Positions 18,547 to 28,080 of a stretch of 64,000 nucleotides of DNA are shown here, piece by piece. The DNA lies in assembly GCA_963804645.1 (NCBI GenBank), contig CAWDRG010000019.1:160001-224000 (forward strand), given 5' to 3'. The stretch's first letter is position 1, and each line of letters opens with the position of its first letter. The DNA comes from an uncultured Bacillota bacterium (GTDB lineage Bacteria; Sysuimicrobiota; Sysuimicrobiia; Sysuimicrobiales; Segetimicrobiaceae). Below the pieces are notes generated by a model. The model made no database searches, was not told where the DNA came from, and saw only the letters and a program-made list of their open reading frames with translations. The position numbers were made by a program, and so were the translations under genes.

Positions 18547-19827
18547 ATGCAGACGCGCAGCCCGGCTGACTCCTCGGTTCGTCCGCAGGACGATCCGTGG
18601 GACATGGCGCTCCGGCAGTTCGCTCACGCCGCGGATCGACTCTCCCTCAAGCGCGGGATCCGGGAGTACCTCGCCCGGCCCCACCGCGAGTTCACCGTGT
18701 GCTTTCCCGTCAGCATGGACGACGGGTCGGTGCAGATGTTCACCGGCTACCGGACCCTGCATAACGGCGTGCTCGGCCCCGCAAAGGGCGGGCTCCGCTA
18801 CAGTCCGCAGGTGCGCGTCAGCGAGGTGCGCGCGCTCGCGATGTGGATGACCTGGAAATGCGCGCTGAACCACCTGCCGTACGGCGGCGCGAAGGGCGGC
18901 GTCAGGTGCGATCCTCAGACGCTGTCGGCCGGGGAGTTGGAGCGCCTGACGCGGCGCTACGCGACCGAGATCAGCGTGGTGATCGGGCCCCACCAAGACA
19001 TTCCGGCGCCGGACGTGGGGACCAACGCCCAGGTCATGGCCTGGTTCATGGACACCTACAGCATGCACCGCGGCTACTCGATTCCGACCGTGGTCACCGG
19101 CAAGCCGGTGGTCATCGGCGGCTCGGCCGGCCGGCTGGAGGCGACGGGGCGGGGCGTGATGATCGCGGCGCGCGAAGCGGCGCGGTTCCGCGGTCTGCCG
19201 TTCGAAGGCGCCCGCGTCGTCGTACAGGGCAGCGGCAACGTGGGCGGCGTGGCGGCGCACCTGCTGCACGCCGCGGGGTGCACGGTGGTCGGGCTGAGCG
19301 ACGTACGCGGCGGCATCCATGCGCCCGAGGGATTCGATCCCGACGCGGCACTCCGGTACGCGCGCGACACTGGGGGCCTCGCCGGGTTTCCCGGGACCGA
19401 CTCGGTGTCGAATTCGGAGCTGCTGGAGCTGCCGTGCGACCTGCTCGTCCCGGCCGCGATCGAAGGGCAGATCACCTCGTCGAACGCCGACCGGATTCAG
19501 GCCCAGGTGATCGTGGAGGGCGCGAACGGCCCGACTACGCCGGACGCCGACGATATTCTCGAGCGCCGCGGGGTGCTGGTCGTGCCCGATATCCTCGCCA
19601 ACGCCGGCGGCGTGATCGTGTCGTACTTCGAGTGGGTGCAGGATCTCCAGTCCTACTTTTGGAGCGAGGACGAGATCAACGCGAACCTCGAGCGCCTCAT
19701 GGTGCGGAGCTTCGACGCGGTGACGCACTTCGCGGCGGAGCAGGGCGTGTCGCTGCGCACCGGCGCCCTCATCTTCGCGGTGAAGCGCGTCGCCGACGCG
19801 CTGATGATCCGCGGCATCTATCCCTAG
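18547..19827 (+). CDS. gdhA: Glu/Leu/Phe/Val dehydrogenase (glutamate dehydrogenase)
   Basis: 'GPAKGGLRY', 'MTWKCA', 'GGAKGG', 'DIPAPD', 'VTGKP', 'GSGNVG', 'EGANGP', 'SYFEWVQ'. Confidence 0.93.
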   Translation: MQTRSPADSSVRPQDDPWDMALRQFAHAADRLSLKRGIREYLARPHREFTVCFPVSMDDGSVQMFTGYRTLHNGVLGPAKGGLRYSPQVRVSEVRALAMWMTWKCALNHLPYGGAKGGVRCDPQTLSAGELERLTRRYATEISVVIGPHQDIPAPDVGTNAQVMAWFMDTYSMHRGYSIPTVVTGKPVVIGGSAGRLEATGRGVMIAAREAARFRGLPFEGARVVVQGSGNVGGVAAHLLHAAGCTVVGLSDVRGGIHAPEGFDPDAALRYARDTGGLAGFPGTDSVSNSELLELPCDLLVPAAIEGQITSSNADRIQAQVIVEGANGPTTPDADDILERRGVLVVPDILANAGGVIVSYFEWVQDLQSYFWSEDEINANLERLMVRSFDAVTHFAAEQGVSLRTGALIFAVKRVADALMIRGIYP

Positions 19828-19860
19828 GACCGGCCGGCCCGGCCGCGCCGGGAGCCTTGC

Positions 19861-19889
19861 TTGACACGGTCCGGGGGCGGGCGCATCAT
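19861..19889 (+). promoter_or_regulatory. promoter of rarA, probably giving a leaderless transcript
   Basis: TTGACA-N17-CATCAT, 6 nt before GTG 19896; no SD. Confidence 0.55.
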
Positions 19890-19895
19890 GGATGT

Positions 19896-21230
19896 GTGGA
19901 TCTGTTCACGCCGCCCGACGCGCCCGGGCGCGACCGCGGGGCCCCGCTGGCGGCGCGCATGCGCCCCCGCACGCTCGATGAGGTCGTCGGCCAGTCGCAC
20001 CTGCTCGGTCCCGATCGGCTGCTGCGGCGTGCGATCGAGACCGACACCCTGACCTCCGCGATCCTCTTCGGGCCGCCCGGCACGGGCAAGACGTCCTTGG
20101 CGCACGTCGTCGCGCAGGCCACGCGCGCGTACTTCGAGCCGGTGAACGCCGTCACGACCGGCGTCGCGGAAATTCGGCGGCTGATCGAGGAGGCGCGCGA
20201 CCGGCGGCGGTTTCATCAGGTGCCCACGATCCTGTTCGTGGACGAGATCCACCGCCTGAACAAGGCGCAGCAGGACGTGCTGCTGCCGCATGTGGAGGAC
20301 GGAACCGTGGTGCTGATTGGGGCCACCACTGGGAACCCGTTTCACGACGTCACGCCCACGCTCGTGTCGCGGTCGCGCCTGTTCGCGCTCGAACCGCTCA
20401 CCGCCGACGAGCTCGTCACGATTCTGCGCCGCGCGCTCGACGAGCCGCGCGGCCTCGGCGGACAGGGCGTGAGCGCGGAGGACGATGCGCTGGGCCACAT
20501 CGCCCGCATCGCCAACGGGGATGCGCGCGTCGCCCTCGGCGTGCTCGAACTGGCCGCGGCGACCGCCGCGGCGGGGCCGGACGGGGCTCGCGTGGTGACG
20601 CGCGACGCCGCCGAGCAGGCCGGGAAGCAGGTCCTGCTCTACGGCCGCGACGGCGACCAGCATTTCGACATGATCTCCGCGTTCATCAAGAGCATGCGGG
20701 GCTCCGATCCGGACGCGGCGGTGTACTGGCTCGCGCGGATGCTCGCCGGGGGCGAGGATCCGCGGTACCTCGCGCGGCGCATGGTCGTGCACGCCGCCGA
20801 GGACGTGGGCCTCGCGGATCCGCAGGCGCTGGTCGTCGCGGTCGCCGCGGCCCACGCGGTGGAACTTGTCGGGCTGCCCGAGGCGCGGATCCCGATGGCC
20901 GAGGCCGCGATCTACATCGCCACGGCCCCGAAGAGCAACGCGACGGTCCGGGCGATCTCCGACGCCGCGGGCGACGTGGCGCGCGAGGAGGCCCAGCCTG
21001 TGCCGCGTCCGCTGCGGGACGCGTCGGCCGCGGGATCGCGGCGGCTCGGGCACGGCGAGGGCTATGAGTATCCCCACGATCATCCGGGGGGCTTCGTGGC
21101 CCAGCAGTACGTCCCTGACAACGTCAAGAATCGGGTATATTATGAGCCCACGGCGTCGGGGTTCGAGGCGGAAGTGGCCCGCCGGCTCCGGGCGTGGTGG
21201 GCGGGGATCAAGCGCTACCGAGGCGGCTAG
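19896..21230 (+). CDS. rarA: replication-associated recombination protein A (RarA/MgsA)
   Basis: 'PLAARMRP', 'GPPGTGKT', 'DEIHR.NKAQQD', 'ISAFIKS.RGSD', 'EDVGLADP', 'PKSN', 'Y.YPHD'. Confidence 0.96.
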   Translation: MDLFTPPDAPGRDRGAPLAARMRPRTLDEVVGQSHLLGPDRLLRRAIETDTLTSAILFGPPGTGKTSLAHVVAQATRAYFEPVNAVTTGVAEIRRLIEEARDRRRFHQVPTILFVDEIHRLNKAQQDVLLPHVEDGTVVLIGATTGNPFHDVTPTLVSRSRLFALEPLTADELVTILRRALDEPRGLGGQGVSAEDDALGHIARIANGDARVALGVLELAAATAAAGPDGARVVTRDAAEQAGKQVLLYGRDGDQHFDMISAFIKSMRGSDPDAAVYWLARMLAGGEDPRYLARRMVVHAAEDVGLADPQALVVAVAAAHAVELVGLPEARIPMAEAAIYIATAPKSNATVRAISDAAGDVAREEAQPVPRPLRDASAAGSRRLGHGEGYEYPHDHPGGFVAQQYVPDNVKNRVYYEPTASGFEAEVARRLRAWWAGIKRYRGG

Positions 21231-21260
21231 CGCCGCGGGCCGGGACAGCGGGAGGTGCGT

Positions 21261-22361
21261 ATGGCTCGGGTGGCCGTCGCGATGAGCGGCGGGGTGGACA
21301 GCGCGGTCGCGGCCGCGCTGCTCGTCGACGAGGGGCACGAGGTCGTTGGGTTCACGATGAACCTGTGGCCGGCGTGGGTGCCCCAGACCGAGGGCGGCGC
21401 GGGATGCTGTGGCGTGGGCGCGATCGACGACGCGCGCGCGGCGGCGCGGACCCTCGGGATCCCGCATTACGTCCTGAACCTCCGCGACGCGTTTGAGCGC
21501 GAGGTGATCGGCTACTTCACGGGCGAGTACGCGCGCGGACGCACCCCGAACCCGTGCATCGCGTGCAACCGCGCGATCAAGTTTCGGCTGCTCTTGGATC
21601 GCGTGCTCGGCCTCGAAATGGACCTGCTCGCGACGGGGCACTACGCGCGCGTGCTTCACGGCGCCGACGGGCGTCACCGGCTCCTGCGTGCGGTCGACCG
21701 GCGGAAGGATCAATCGTACGTGCTGGCGAGCCTGGATCAAGCGCAGCTCGGCCGCGTCCGCTTCCCGGTCGGCGCGTACACGAAGCCCGAGATCCGCGAG
21801 ATCGCGAGGGCGCACCGCCTCGGCGTGGCGGAGAAGCCCGACAGCCAGGAGATCTGCTTCGTGCCGAGCGGGGACTACGGGGATGTGGTGGCCCGCTTGG
21901 AGCCCGCGGCGGTGCGGCCCGGGCCGATCTACGATCTCGCGGGGGACCGCGTCGGAGACCACCGCGGCGTGGGCCGCTACACCGTCGGGCAGCGGCGGGG
22001 GCTCGGGCTGCCCGGCAGCGTGCCGCGGTACGTGGTGTCGATCGACGCCGAGCGGAACGCGCTCGTCGTGGGCGACGCCGCCGACGTCCGGTGCGAAGAA
22101 CTGTGGGCCGCCGACGTGAACTGGATCGGCGTCCCCGCGCTCGACGGCGAGCGCGACGTGACGGTGCGGGTCCGCCACGCCGGAGCCGACGTGCCGGCGA
22201 CGATCTCGGACGGCCCCGAGGGCCGCGTCCGCGTCCGGTTCGCCGCGGCGCCGCGCGCGGCGGCGCCCGGGCAGGCGATCGTCTTTTATGCGGGGGACGT
22301 CGTGTTGGGAGGCGGGGTGATCGATGGGGTAAAGTACGGGGGGAGGGACGTGCATGCCTAG
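21261..22361 (+). CDS. mnmA: tRNA 2-thiouridine(34) synthase
   Basis: 'AMSGGVDS', 'TPNPCIACN', 'ATGHY', 'KDQSY', 'DSQEICF', 'YTVGQRRG', 'PGQA.V.Y'. Confidence 0.98.
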   Translation: MARVAVAMSGGVDSAVAAALLVDEGHEVVGFTMNLWPAWVPQTEGGAGCCGVGAIDDARAAARTLGIPHYVLNLRDAFEREVIGYFTGEYARGRTPNPCIACNRAIKFRLLLDRVLGLEMDLLATGHYARVLHGADGRHRLLRAVDRRKDQSYVLASLDQAQLGRVRFPVGAYTKPEIREIARAHRLGVAEKPDSQEICFVPSGDYGDVVARLEPAAVRPGPIYDLAGDRVGDHRGVGRYTVGQRRGLGLPGSVPRYVVSIDAERNALVVGDAADVRCEELWAADVNWIGVPALDGERDVTVRVRHAGADVPATISDGPEGRVRVRFAAAPRAAAPGQAIVFYAGDVVLGGGVIDGVKYGGRDVHA

Positions 22362-22782
22362 CGGCGGGGTCGCGGAGATGAGCCTGGCCGTGATCGCGGT
22401 GGCGGTCGTGGTTGCGGTGATCTTCTTGGTGCCCGCCTTGATTGAGGTCCGGCGGGCCGCCGCGCGCGCCTCGCGGACGATCGAAACCGTGGACGCCGCG
22501 CTGCCGAGCCTGCTCACCGAGTTGACCGAGGCGGTCGGCACGATGAGTCGGACGGCCGACACCGTGGGCAGCCTGGCCGCGTCGGTGGAGCGATTGGACC
22601 GGCTGTCCGCGGCCGCGGTGCGGACCGCCGGAGCCCTGGTGGGGGTGATGGGGATGATGGGACAGACCACCCGCGGCGTGATGATGCCGTCTCTCGCCAA
22701 CGTGGTCGGCGTGCTGTCGGCCGTGCGGGAGGGCATCGAGTGGGTGCGACCGAGACGCGACAAGAGGAGGGACGGAACATGA
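22354..22782 (+). CDS. DUF948/YoxC (YtxG-like) protein
   Basis: N-terminal TM followed by a long amphipathic helix; adjacent to a YtxH gene. Confidence 0.7.
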   Translation: MPSGGVAEMSLAVIAVAVVVAVIFLVPALIEVRRAAARASRTIETVDAALPSLLTELTEAVGTMSRTADTVGSLAASVERLDRLSAAAVRTAGALVGVMGMMGQTTRGVMMPSLANVVGVLSAVREGIEWVRPRRDKRRDGT

Positions 22783-23132
22783 GCGAGCGACGGGATTTCG
22801 CGGGTGGACTGCTGCTGGGGGTACTGGTGGGGGCGGCGCTCGGCGTGCTGTTCGCGCCGGCGGCCGGCAACGAGACGCGGGAGCGGCTGCGGCGCGAGGG
22901 CGAGCAGCTGCGGGACCGGGCGCGGGAGCAGGCCGAGCGCGTCACCGAGCAGGCGCGCCGGAAGGCGGACGAGGTGGCGTCGCGCGTGCGGTCGACCGCG
23001 GGCGACGTGCTCGAGCGCGGCCGATCGGCGATTGAGGAGCGCGCCGAGCGGTTGCGCGACGCGTACCAGGCGGGGCGGGACTCCGCGTTTGGGCGGGAAG
23101 GGGGAGAGCGTCGGGACGACGACGCCGACTGA
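22779..23132 (+). CDS. YtxH-domain protein
   Basis: 'F.GGLLLG.LVGAALGVLFAP..G.ETR..L' plus a charged coiled coil. Confidence 0.88.
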   Translation: MSERRDFAGGLLLGVLVGAALGVLFAPAAGNETRERLRREGEQLRDRAREQAERVTEQARRKADEVASRVRSTAGDVLERGRSAIEERAERLRDAYQAGRDSAFGREGGERRDDDAD

Positions 23133-23133
23133 G

Positions 23134-23562
23134 ATGGCGGGAGCGACTCGGGTGGGGGCGACAGAGCGCGTTGACGTCACGATTCCCAAGCGCCCGGAGT
23201 TTGTGAGCGTCGCTCGGCTGACCGCGGCGGCGGTCGCCGGGCGCCAGGGGTTCGCGTTCGACGAGATCGAGGATCTCAAGATCGCGGTGAGCGAGGCGTG
23301 CACGTTGCTGATCCGGGCCGCGACTGACACGAGCGCGCCCCTGCGCATCGCCTTCGTGCTGCGCGGGGACGAGCTGGCGGTGTCTGTGGAGACCCGGGAG
23401 CCGGGCGTAGTGTTTGAGGCGGCGCCGGCCGACGACGCGGCGATGGACGAAGGGCAGCTCGGCATGTTCTTGCTGCGGTGTCTGGTCGACGAGGTCGAGG
23501 TGGCCCAGGACCCCACGGTGGGAACGGCCACGCTGCGGCTCGTGAAGCGCCGCGGGGTGTAA
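23134..23562 (+). CDS. rsbW: RsbW/SpoIIAB-like anti-sigma factor
   Basis: 'IPKRPEFVSVARL', 'IEDLKIAVSEAC', 'LGMFLLRCLVDEV'; directly upstream of the sigma gene. Confidence 0.85.
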   Translation: MAGATRVGATERVDVTIPKRPEFVSVARLTAAAVAGRQGFAFDEIEDLKIAVSEACTLLIRAATDTSAPLRIAFVLRGDELAVSVETREPGVVFEAAPADDAAMDEGQLGMFLLRCLVDEVEVAQDPTVGTATLRLVKRRGV

Positions 23563-23566
23563 GGCG

Positions 23567-24355
23567 ATGGCGCCGCGCGGGCCCGCTCGTCCGCTGCCCT
23601 CGAAGGCCGAGGTGTGGGACCTATTCGATCGCTATGTGGCCACCCGCGACACGCGGGTGCGGGATGAACTGGTACGCGCCCATGAGAATCTCGCGATCTA
23701 CCTCGCGCGGAAGTTCGGCGACCGCGGCGAGCCGCTCGAGGACGTCATCCAGGTCGCGCAAATCGGCCTGCTGAAGGCGATCGCCCGGTACGAGCCGTCG
23801 CGGGGCATTGAGTTTACCACGTACGCCACGCCGACGATCGTCGGGGAGATCAAGCGCCACTTCCGCGACAAGCTGTGGGCGATTCGCGTGCCGCGGCGCC
23901 TGCGGGAGTTGAACTACACGCTGATGCGCGCGGTCGAGGGGCTGTCGCAGACGCTGGGGCGGTCGCCGACGATCCCCGAGGTGGCGGAAGCCACCGGGGT
24001 CGGGTTCGACGACGTGCTCGAGGCGATGGAAGTCGGGAAGGCGTACAGCCTCGTGTCCCTGGACGCGGAAGCGTCGGAGGGCGAGGACGACCACGGGGCG
24101 CCGTTCGGGGAGTCCGTCGGCGCCCACGATCCGGAGTTTGAGACCCTGGAAGACCGGGCCACCCTGGACTGGGCCCTCAGCCGCCTTCCGGAGCGCTCGC
24201 AGGAAGTCGTGCGGCTGCGGTTTTACGAGGATCTCTCGCAGGCCGAGATCGCCCGGCGCCTCGGCATCTCGCAGATGCACGTGTCCCGGGTGCTGCGCCA
24301 GTCGCTCCTGCGGCTTCGGGCTCTGGTCGCGGGCCGCGCGACGTCATCGACCTGA
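23567..24355 (+). CDS. sigB: SigB/SigF/SigG-family sigma factor
   Basis: 'GLLKAI.RYEP.RG.EF.TYA.PTI.GEIKRHFRD', 'VPRRL', 'SQAEIA.RLGISQMHVSR'. Confidence 0.93.
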   Translation: MAPRGPARPLPSKAEVWDLFDRYVATRDTRVRDELVRAHENLAIYLARKFGDRGEPLEDVIQVAQIGLLKAIARYEPSRGIEFTTYATPTIVGEIKRHFRDKLWAIRVPRRLRELNYTLMRAVEGLSQTLGRSPTIPEVAEATGVGFDDVLEAMEVGKAYSLVSLDAEASEGEDDHGAPFGESVGAHDPEFETLEDRATLDWALSRLPERSQEVVRLRFYEDLSQAEIARRLGISQMHVSRVLRQSLLRLRALVAGRATSST

Positions 24356-25692
24356 GCGGCGCGCCGGGCCCGCGCGCGCCCACCCTGGCCGCCGCCTCCC
24401 GGATCGTCGCCCGCCTGCGCGGCGCCGGGTTCGAGGCGTACCTCGCGGGCGGCTGCGTGCGGGACATGCTCCTCGGCCGTGCCCCGGCGGACTACGACAT
24501 CGCGACCGGCGCAACGCCCCCCGAGGTCACCGCGCTGTTTCCCGAGACCGTCCAGGTCGGTGCGGCGTTCGGGGTGGTCCAGGTGCTCGCCGGCGGCGCG
24601 GCGTACGAGGTCGCGACGTTTCGGTCGGAGGGCCCGTATCTCGACCGGCGCCACCCCTCATCGGTGCACTACGCCACGGTGCGCGACGACGCCCAGCGCC
24701 GCGACTTCACGATCAACGGGCTGTTCTGGGATCCCGAGACCCACGCGGTGCTGGACTTCGTCGGCGGGCAGGCGGATCTGGCGGCGCGGGTGGTGCGCAC
24801 GATCGGCGATCCGTCGGCGCGGTTCGCCGAGGACGCGCTGCGGATGCTGCGGGCGGTGCGGCAGGCCGCCGAGCTGGGGTATGCGATCGCGCCGGACACG
24901 AGCGAGGCGATCCGGCGCATGGCCGCCGGGCTCGAGGCCGTCAGCGCCGAGCGGGTGCGCGACGAACTCGTGCGGATCGTGACCGGGCCGGATCCGGCGC
25001 GCGGGCTCGTCCTGCTGCGCGAGACGGGACTCCTCGAGATTGTGCTGCCCGAGGTCGCGGCGGAATTCGGCGTGCCGCAGCCCGCGGAGTTTCACCCGGA
25101 AGGCGACGTGTTCGAGCACACCCGCCTCGTGCTGAAGAGCCTGCGGGCGCCCACGGTCGCGCTCGCCATGGCGGCGCTGCTCCACGACGTCGGGAAGCCG
25201 TCGACGCTCGTGCACGCCGACCGCATCCGGTTCAACGGGCACGACGAGGTCGGTGCCGAGCTCGCCCGGGAGGTGATGACGCGCCTCAGGTTCCCCCGCC
25301 GGGAGATCGACCGGGTGACCGCGCTCGTCCGCCAGCACATGATTTTCAAGGACGTGCCCCGGATGCGTGAGGCGCGCCTCCGGCGTTTGCTCGACGAGCC
25401 GGAGTTTCCCGAGCTGGTGGAGCTGCACCGTGCCGACTGCGCGGCGAGCCACGGGGATCTGTCGACGTACGAGTGGGTGCGGGCCAGGCAGGCGGAGATC
25501 GCCGCCCATCCGCCGGCCCCGCGGTACGTCACGGGGGACAACCTGCTCGCGCTCGGCGTGCCGCCGGGCCCGCGGATCGGTGAGATCCTCCGGGCGGTCG
25601 ACGACGCGCGGCTCGAGGGACGCGTCCGGACGCCGGAGGAGGCGATCGCGCTGGCGCGCACGCTGGCGGCCGACACGCCCGGAGACGGGTAG
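24352..25692 (+). CDS. cca: CCA tRNA nucleotidyltransferase with HD domain
   Basis: 'AYLAGGCVRD...DYDIAT', 'EVATFR', 'RRDFTIN', 'EDALRMLRAVR', 'HPEGDVFEH', 'LLHDVGKP'; start inferred at CTG 24352. Confidence 0.92.
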   Translation: MSGAPGPRAPTLAAASRIVARLRGAGFEAYLAGGCVRDMLLGRAPADYDIATGATPPEVTALFPETVQVGAAFGVVQVLAGGAAYEVATFRSEGPYLDRRHPSSVHYATVRDDAQRRDFTINGLFWDPETHAVLDFVGGQADLAARVVRTIGDPSARFAEDALRMLRAVRQAAELGYAIAPDTSEAIRRMAAGLEAVSAERVRDELVRIVTGPDPARGLVLLRETGLLEIVLPEVAAEFGVPQPAEFHPEGDVFEHTRLVLKSLRAPTVALAMAALLHDVGKPSTLVHADRIRFNGHDEVGAELAREVMTRLRFPRREIDRVTALVRQHMIFKDVPRMREARLRRLLDEPEFPELVELHRADCAASHGDLSTYEWVRARQAEIAAHPPAPRYVTGDNLLALGVPPGPRIGEILRAVDDARLEGRVRTPEEAIALARTLAADTPGDG

Positions 25693-25777
25693 CGCCGGCG
25701 CATGCCGGAGGAGATGCGGCGCGCCTGGTCGAACTGACGTACGTTCGGGCACGGCCCCGAACGCGGAGGGCATCGGA

Positions 25778-26611
25778 CTGCAAGCACGATCGCGCACGAC
25801 GACGCGTGTCATCGCCCTCGTCAACCAGAAGGGCGGATGCGGCAAGACGACGACCGCGGTGAACCTGGCCGCGTGCCTCGCCGTCAACAAGCGTCGGGTG
25901 CTGCTGGTCGACTTCGATCCCCAGGCGAACGCGACTGTCAGCCTCGGGGTGGATCCCGGAGAGTTGTCGCGGACGGTGTACCAGGTGATCGTCGCGGATC
26001 CGGGGGAGGACGGCGAAGGCGTCGAGCTGGCCAGCGTCATCACGCCTTCCAGCATCGAGCACCTCGACCTCGTGCCGTCGTCGATCGATCTGGCCGCCGC
26101 CGAGCTCGAGCTGTCGGCCCGCATCGGCCGGGAGAACACGCTCCGCAAGAAGCTCGCCCCGGTGCGGGATCAGTACGACTACGTCCTGATCGACACGCCG
26201 CCGTCGCTCGGCCTCCTGACCCTTAACGCCCTCGTGGCGTGCGATGAGGTCATCATTCCGATCCAGACCCACTACTACGCGCTGCTCGGAATGCGGCAGC
26301 TGCTGCGCACGATCAAGGTCGTGCGCGAGGAGGTCGGACACGAGATCGAGATCGCCGGGGTCGTGCCGACGATGTACGACGCCCGGACGAGCATCAGCAA
26401 GGAGATCCTCGAGGGCATCAAGGACTACTTCGGCGATCGGATGTTCAAGAGCGCGATTCACCAGAATATCAAGCTGGTGGAGTCCAGCATGGTGGGCGTG
26501 CCAGTGTTTGTCCACGACTCTTCCTCACGCGGCGCCCAGGAGTACATGGCGCTCGCGAAGGAGGTGATGGCCCTTGAGCAAGCGCCGCGACGCGCTCCGG
26601 CGGGGCATTAG
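25778..26611 (+). CDS. ParA/Soj-family ATPase
   Basis: 'NQKGGCGKTTT', 'DFDPQAN', 'IDTPPSLG'; start inferred at CTG 25778 after GGAGG. Confidence 0.93.
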   Translation: MQARSRTTTRVIALVNQKGGCGKTTTAVNLAACLAVNKRRVLLVDFDPQANATVSLGVDPGELSRTVYQVIVADPGEDGEGVELASVITPSSIEHLDLVPSSIDLAAAELELSARIGRENTLRKKLAPVRDQYDYVLIDTPPSLGLLTLNALVACDEVIIPIQTHYYALLGMRQLLRTIKVVREEVGHEIEIAGVVPTMYDARTSISKEILEGIKDYFGDRMFKSAIHQNIKLVESSMVGVPVFVHDSSSRGAQEYMALAKEVMALEQAPRRAPAGH

Positions 26612-27410
26612 GTCCCTGATTCACGACACCTCCCGCGAGCTCGCGGACCTGGACAGCCGCGAGACGCCGCGCGGGGGTGCCGACGAGCACGGCACGGCCG
26701 CGCCGATCGACGACGCGACGGCCGAGCGCGACGCCCGGCCGTCGGCGGATGCCGTGCCGGGTCCGTTCGGGGAGGACGTCGGCGGGCCCTCAATCGACGC
26801 CGAAAGCGACGGGCTCCTGAACGCGGAAGTCATGGCGGTCGAGGTGCGCGAGATCAGCCGCGGACCGGCGACCCAGCCCGCCCGTGAGCCGCGAGAGACG
26901 GCTGACCCCGAGCGGCACGTCGCGGAGCCGGCGGAGGTGGCGGCGGCCGAACCCGTCGAGGCGGCCCCACAGGCCGATGGGCCGGCCGCGCCTGTGCAGG
27001 AGGCGCTCACGATCGCGCCCCCGGTCCCTGGCGCGGCACCCGAGCAGCCCGTGACGCTCGGCCTCGAGGGGATGGCCGAGGCGGCGCCGGCCGGCGAGCA
27101 GGACACCGGGGCGCCGTCCCGCAAGCGCCCGACGCGCGCCGCGTCCAAGAAGGCGGCGAAGCGGGCGGGTGCGCGCCAGGCGGTCCGCATGCCGGCCGGC
27201 GAGGCGCTGGATGGGGTCGACCCGGCGCAGGCGCAGTCTCGGCGGGGTGTATGCGTGGCCTATTTCGTGGACCACGCGTGCTGGCACGTGACGAACGCCT
27301 ACTGCAACACGGCGCTGCATGTCTGCGTCATGCGCGACTGCCCCGTGTACCATCTCCACCGGGACGCCCTCGAGAAGCGGTTCGCCGGCAAATACAAGCA
27401 CTTTTGGTGA
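26574..27410 (+). CDS. hypothetical ParA partner: ParB-like N-terminal peptide, acidic linker, Cys/His-rich C-terminal domain
   Basis: TTG start after GGAGG, overlaps the parA 3' end; 'MSKRRDALRRGIRSLI'; C-terminal 'CVAYFVDHACW..TNAYC..ALHVC..RDCPVY'. Confidence 0.75.
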   Translation: MSKRRDALRRGIRSLIHDTSRELADLDSRETPRGGADEHGTAAPIDDATAERDARPSADAVPGPFGEDVGGPSIDAESDGLLNAEVMAVEVREISRGPATQPAREPRETADPERHVAEPAEVAAAEPVEAAPQADGPAAPVQEALTIAPPVPGAAPEQPVTLGLEGMAEAAPAGEQDTGAPSRKRPTRAASKKAAKRAGARQAVRMPAGEALDGVDPAQAQSRRGVCVAYFVDHACWHVTNAYCNTALHVCVMRDCPVYHLHRDALEKRFAGKYKHFW

Positions 27411-27417
27411 TCGGCGC

Positions 27418-28080
27418 TTATCCGGAGAGGTCGAGCTCCAGGAGTTCGCGGAGGTGCTGGACCGTCCGCCAGGGCGTGACCCCGCGCTGGCGCAGTTCCT
27501 CGGCGGGCCGGCGGTACGCGATGAAGCGCGCGCCGGCGTCCGCCGCCGCGGCCCCGTCGATCCATGAGTCGCCGATCACGTAGGCGCGCTCGCCGGCACT
27601 CCCGAGACGCCGGAGCACCTCGCGCACGCCGTCGCCGGCCGGTTTGAGCGTGCTGACGTCGCCGCGGGCCACGAGCGTCTGTGCGTACTCCAGGAGGCGC
27701 GTCGCGCGCAGCGCCTCGAGGGCGGCGGCGCGGCTGTTGTTCGTGAGGATCGCGACCGGGTGCCCGCGCGCGCCGAGCGCACGCAGCACCGCGGGGGCGT
27801 CGTCGAGCACGTCGACCTCGACGAGCCCGGCGCGCTCATACGCGTCGATGATCCGCCACATCTCCTCGGCCGTCGCCGTGCCGTGCGCGCGGTCGTGGTC
27901 CGTCCCGCACGTCACGAGCTCGGGGATCGCGCGGCGCGTTAGGGCCTCGTCGGTCGCGTCCGTCGCGCCCGCGCTCCGCAGCAGGGCGATTAGGGCCCGG
28001 CGGATCGCCAAGAAGTCGATCCGCGACCCGATCAAGGTGTTGTCCATGTCGAAGATCAGCGCCGAGGCGGTCGGCATCAT
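27418..28080 (-). CDS. HAD-family hydrolase
   Basis: 'FDMDNTL', 'LTNN', 'KP', 'IGDSWID'; TACAAT 6 nt upstream of the ATG. Confidence 0.92.
   Translation of the reverse strand: MMPTASALIFDMDNTLIGSRIDFLAIRRALIALLRSAGATDATDEALTRRAIPELVTCGTDHDRAHGTATAEEMWRIIDAYERAGLVEVDVLDDAPAVLRALGARGHPVAILTNNSRAAALEALRATRLLEYAQTLVARGDVSTLKPAGDGVREVLRRLGSAGERAYVIGDSWIDGAAAADAGARFIAYRRPAEELRQRGVTPWRTVQHLRELLELDLSG

Noticed and set aside
571..23531. Long antisense or alternative-frame ORFs (e.g. 571-2958, 6152-9370, 8778-11285, 15502-17820, 19824-23531)
   Set aside because: Arg/Pro/Gly-rich shadows of well-supported genes, expected at this GC content.
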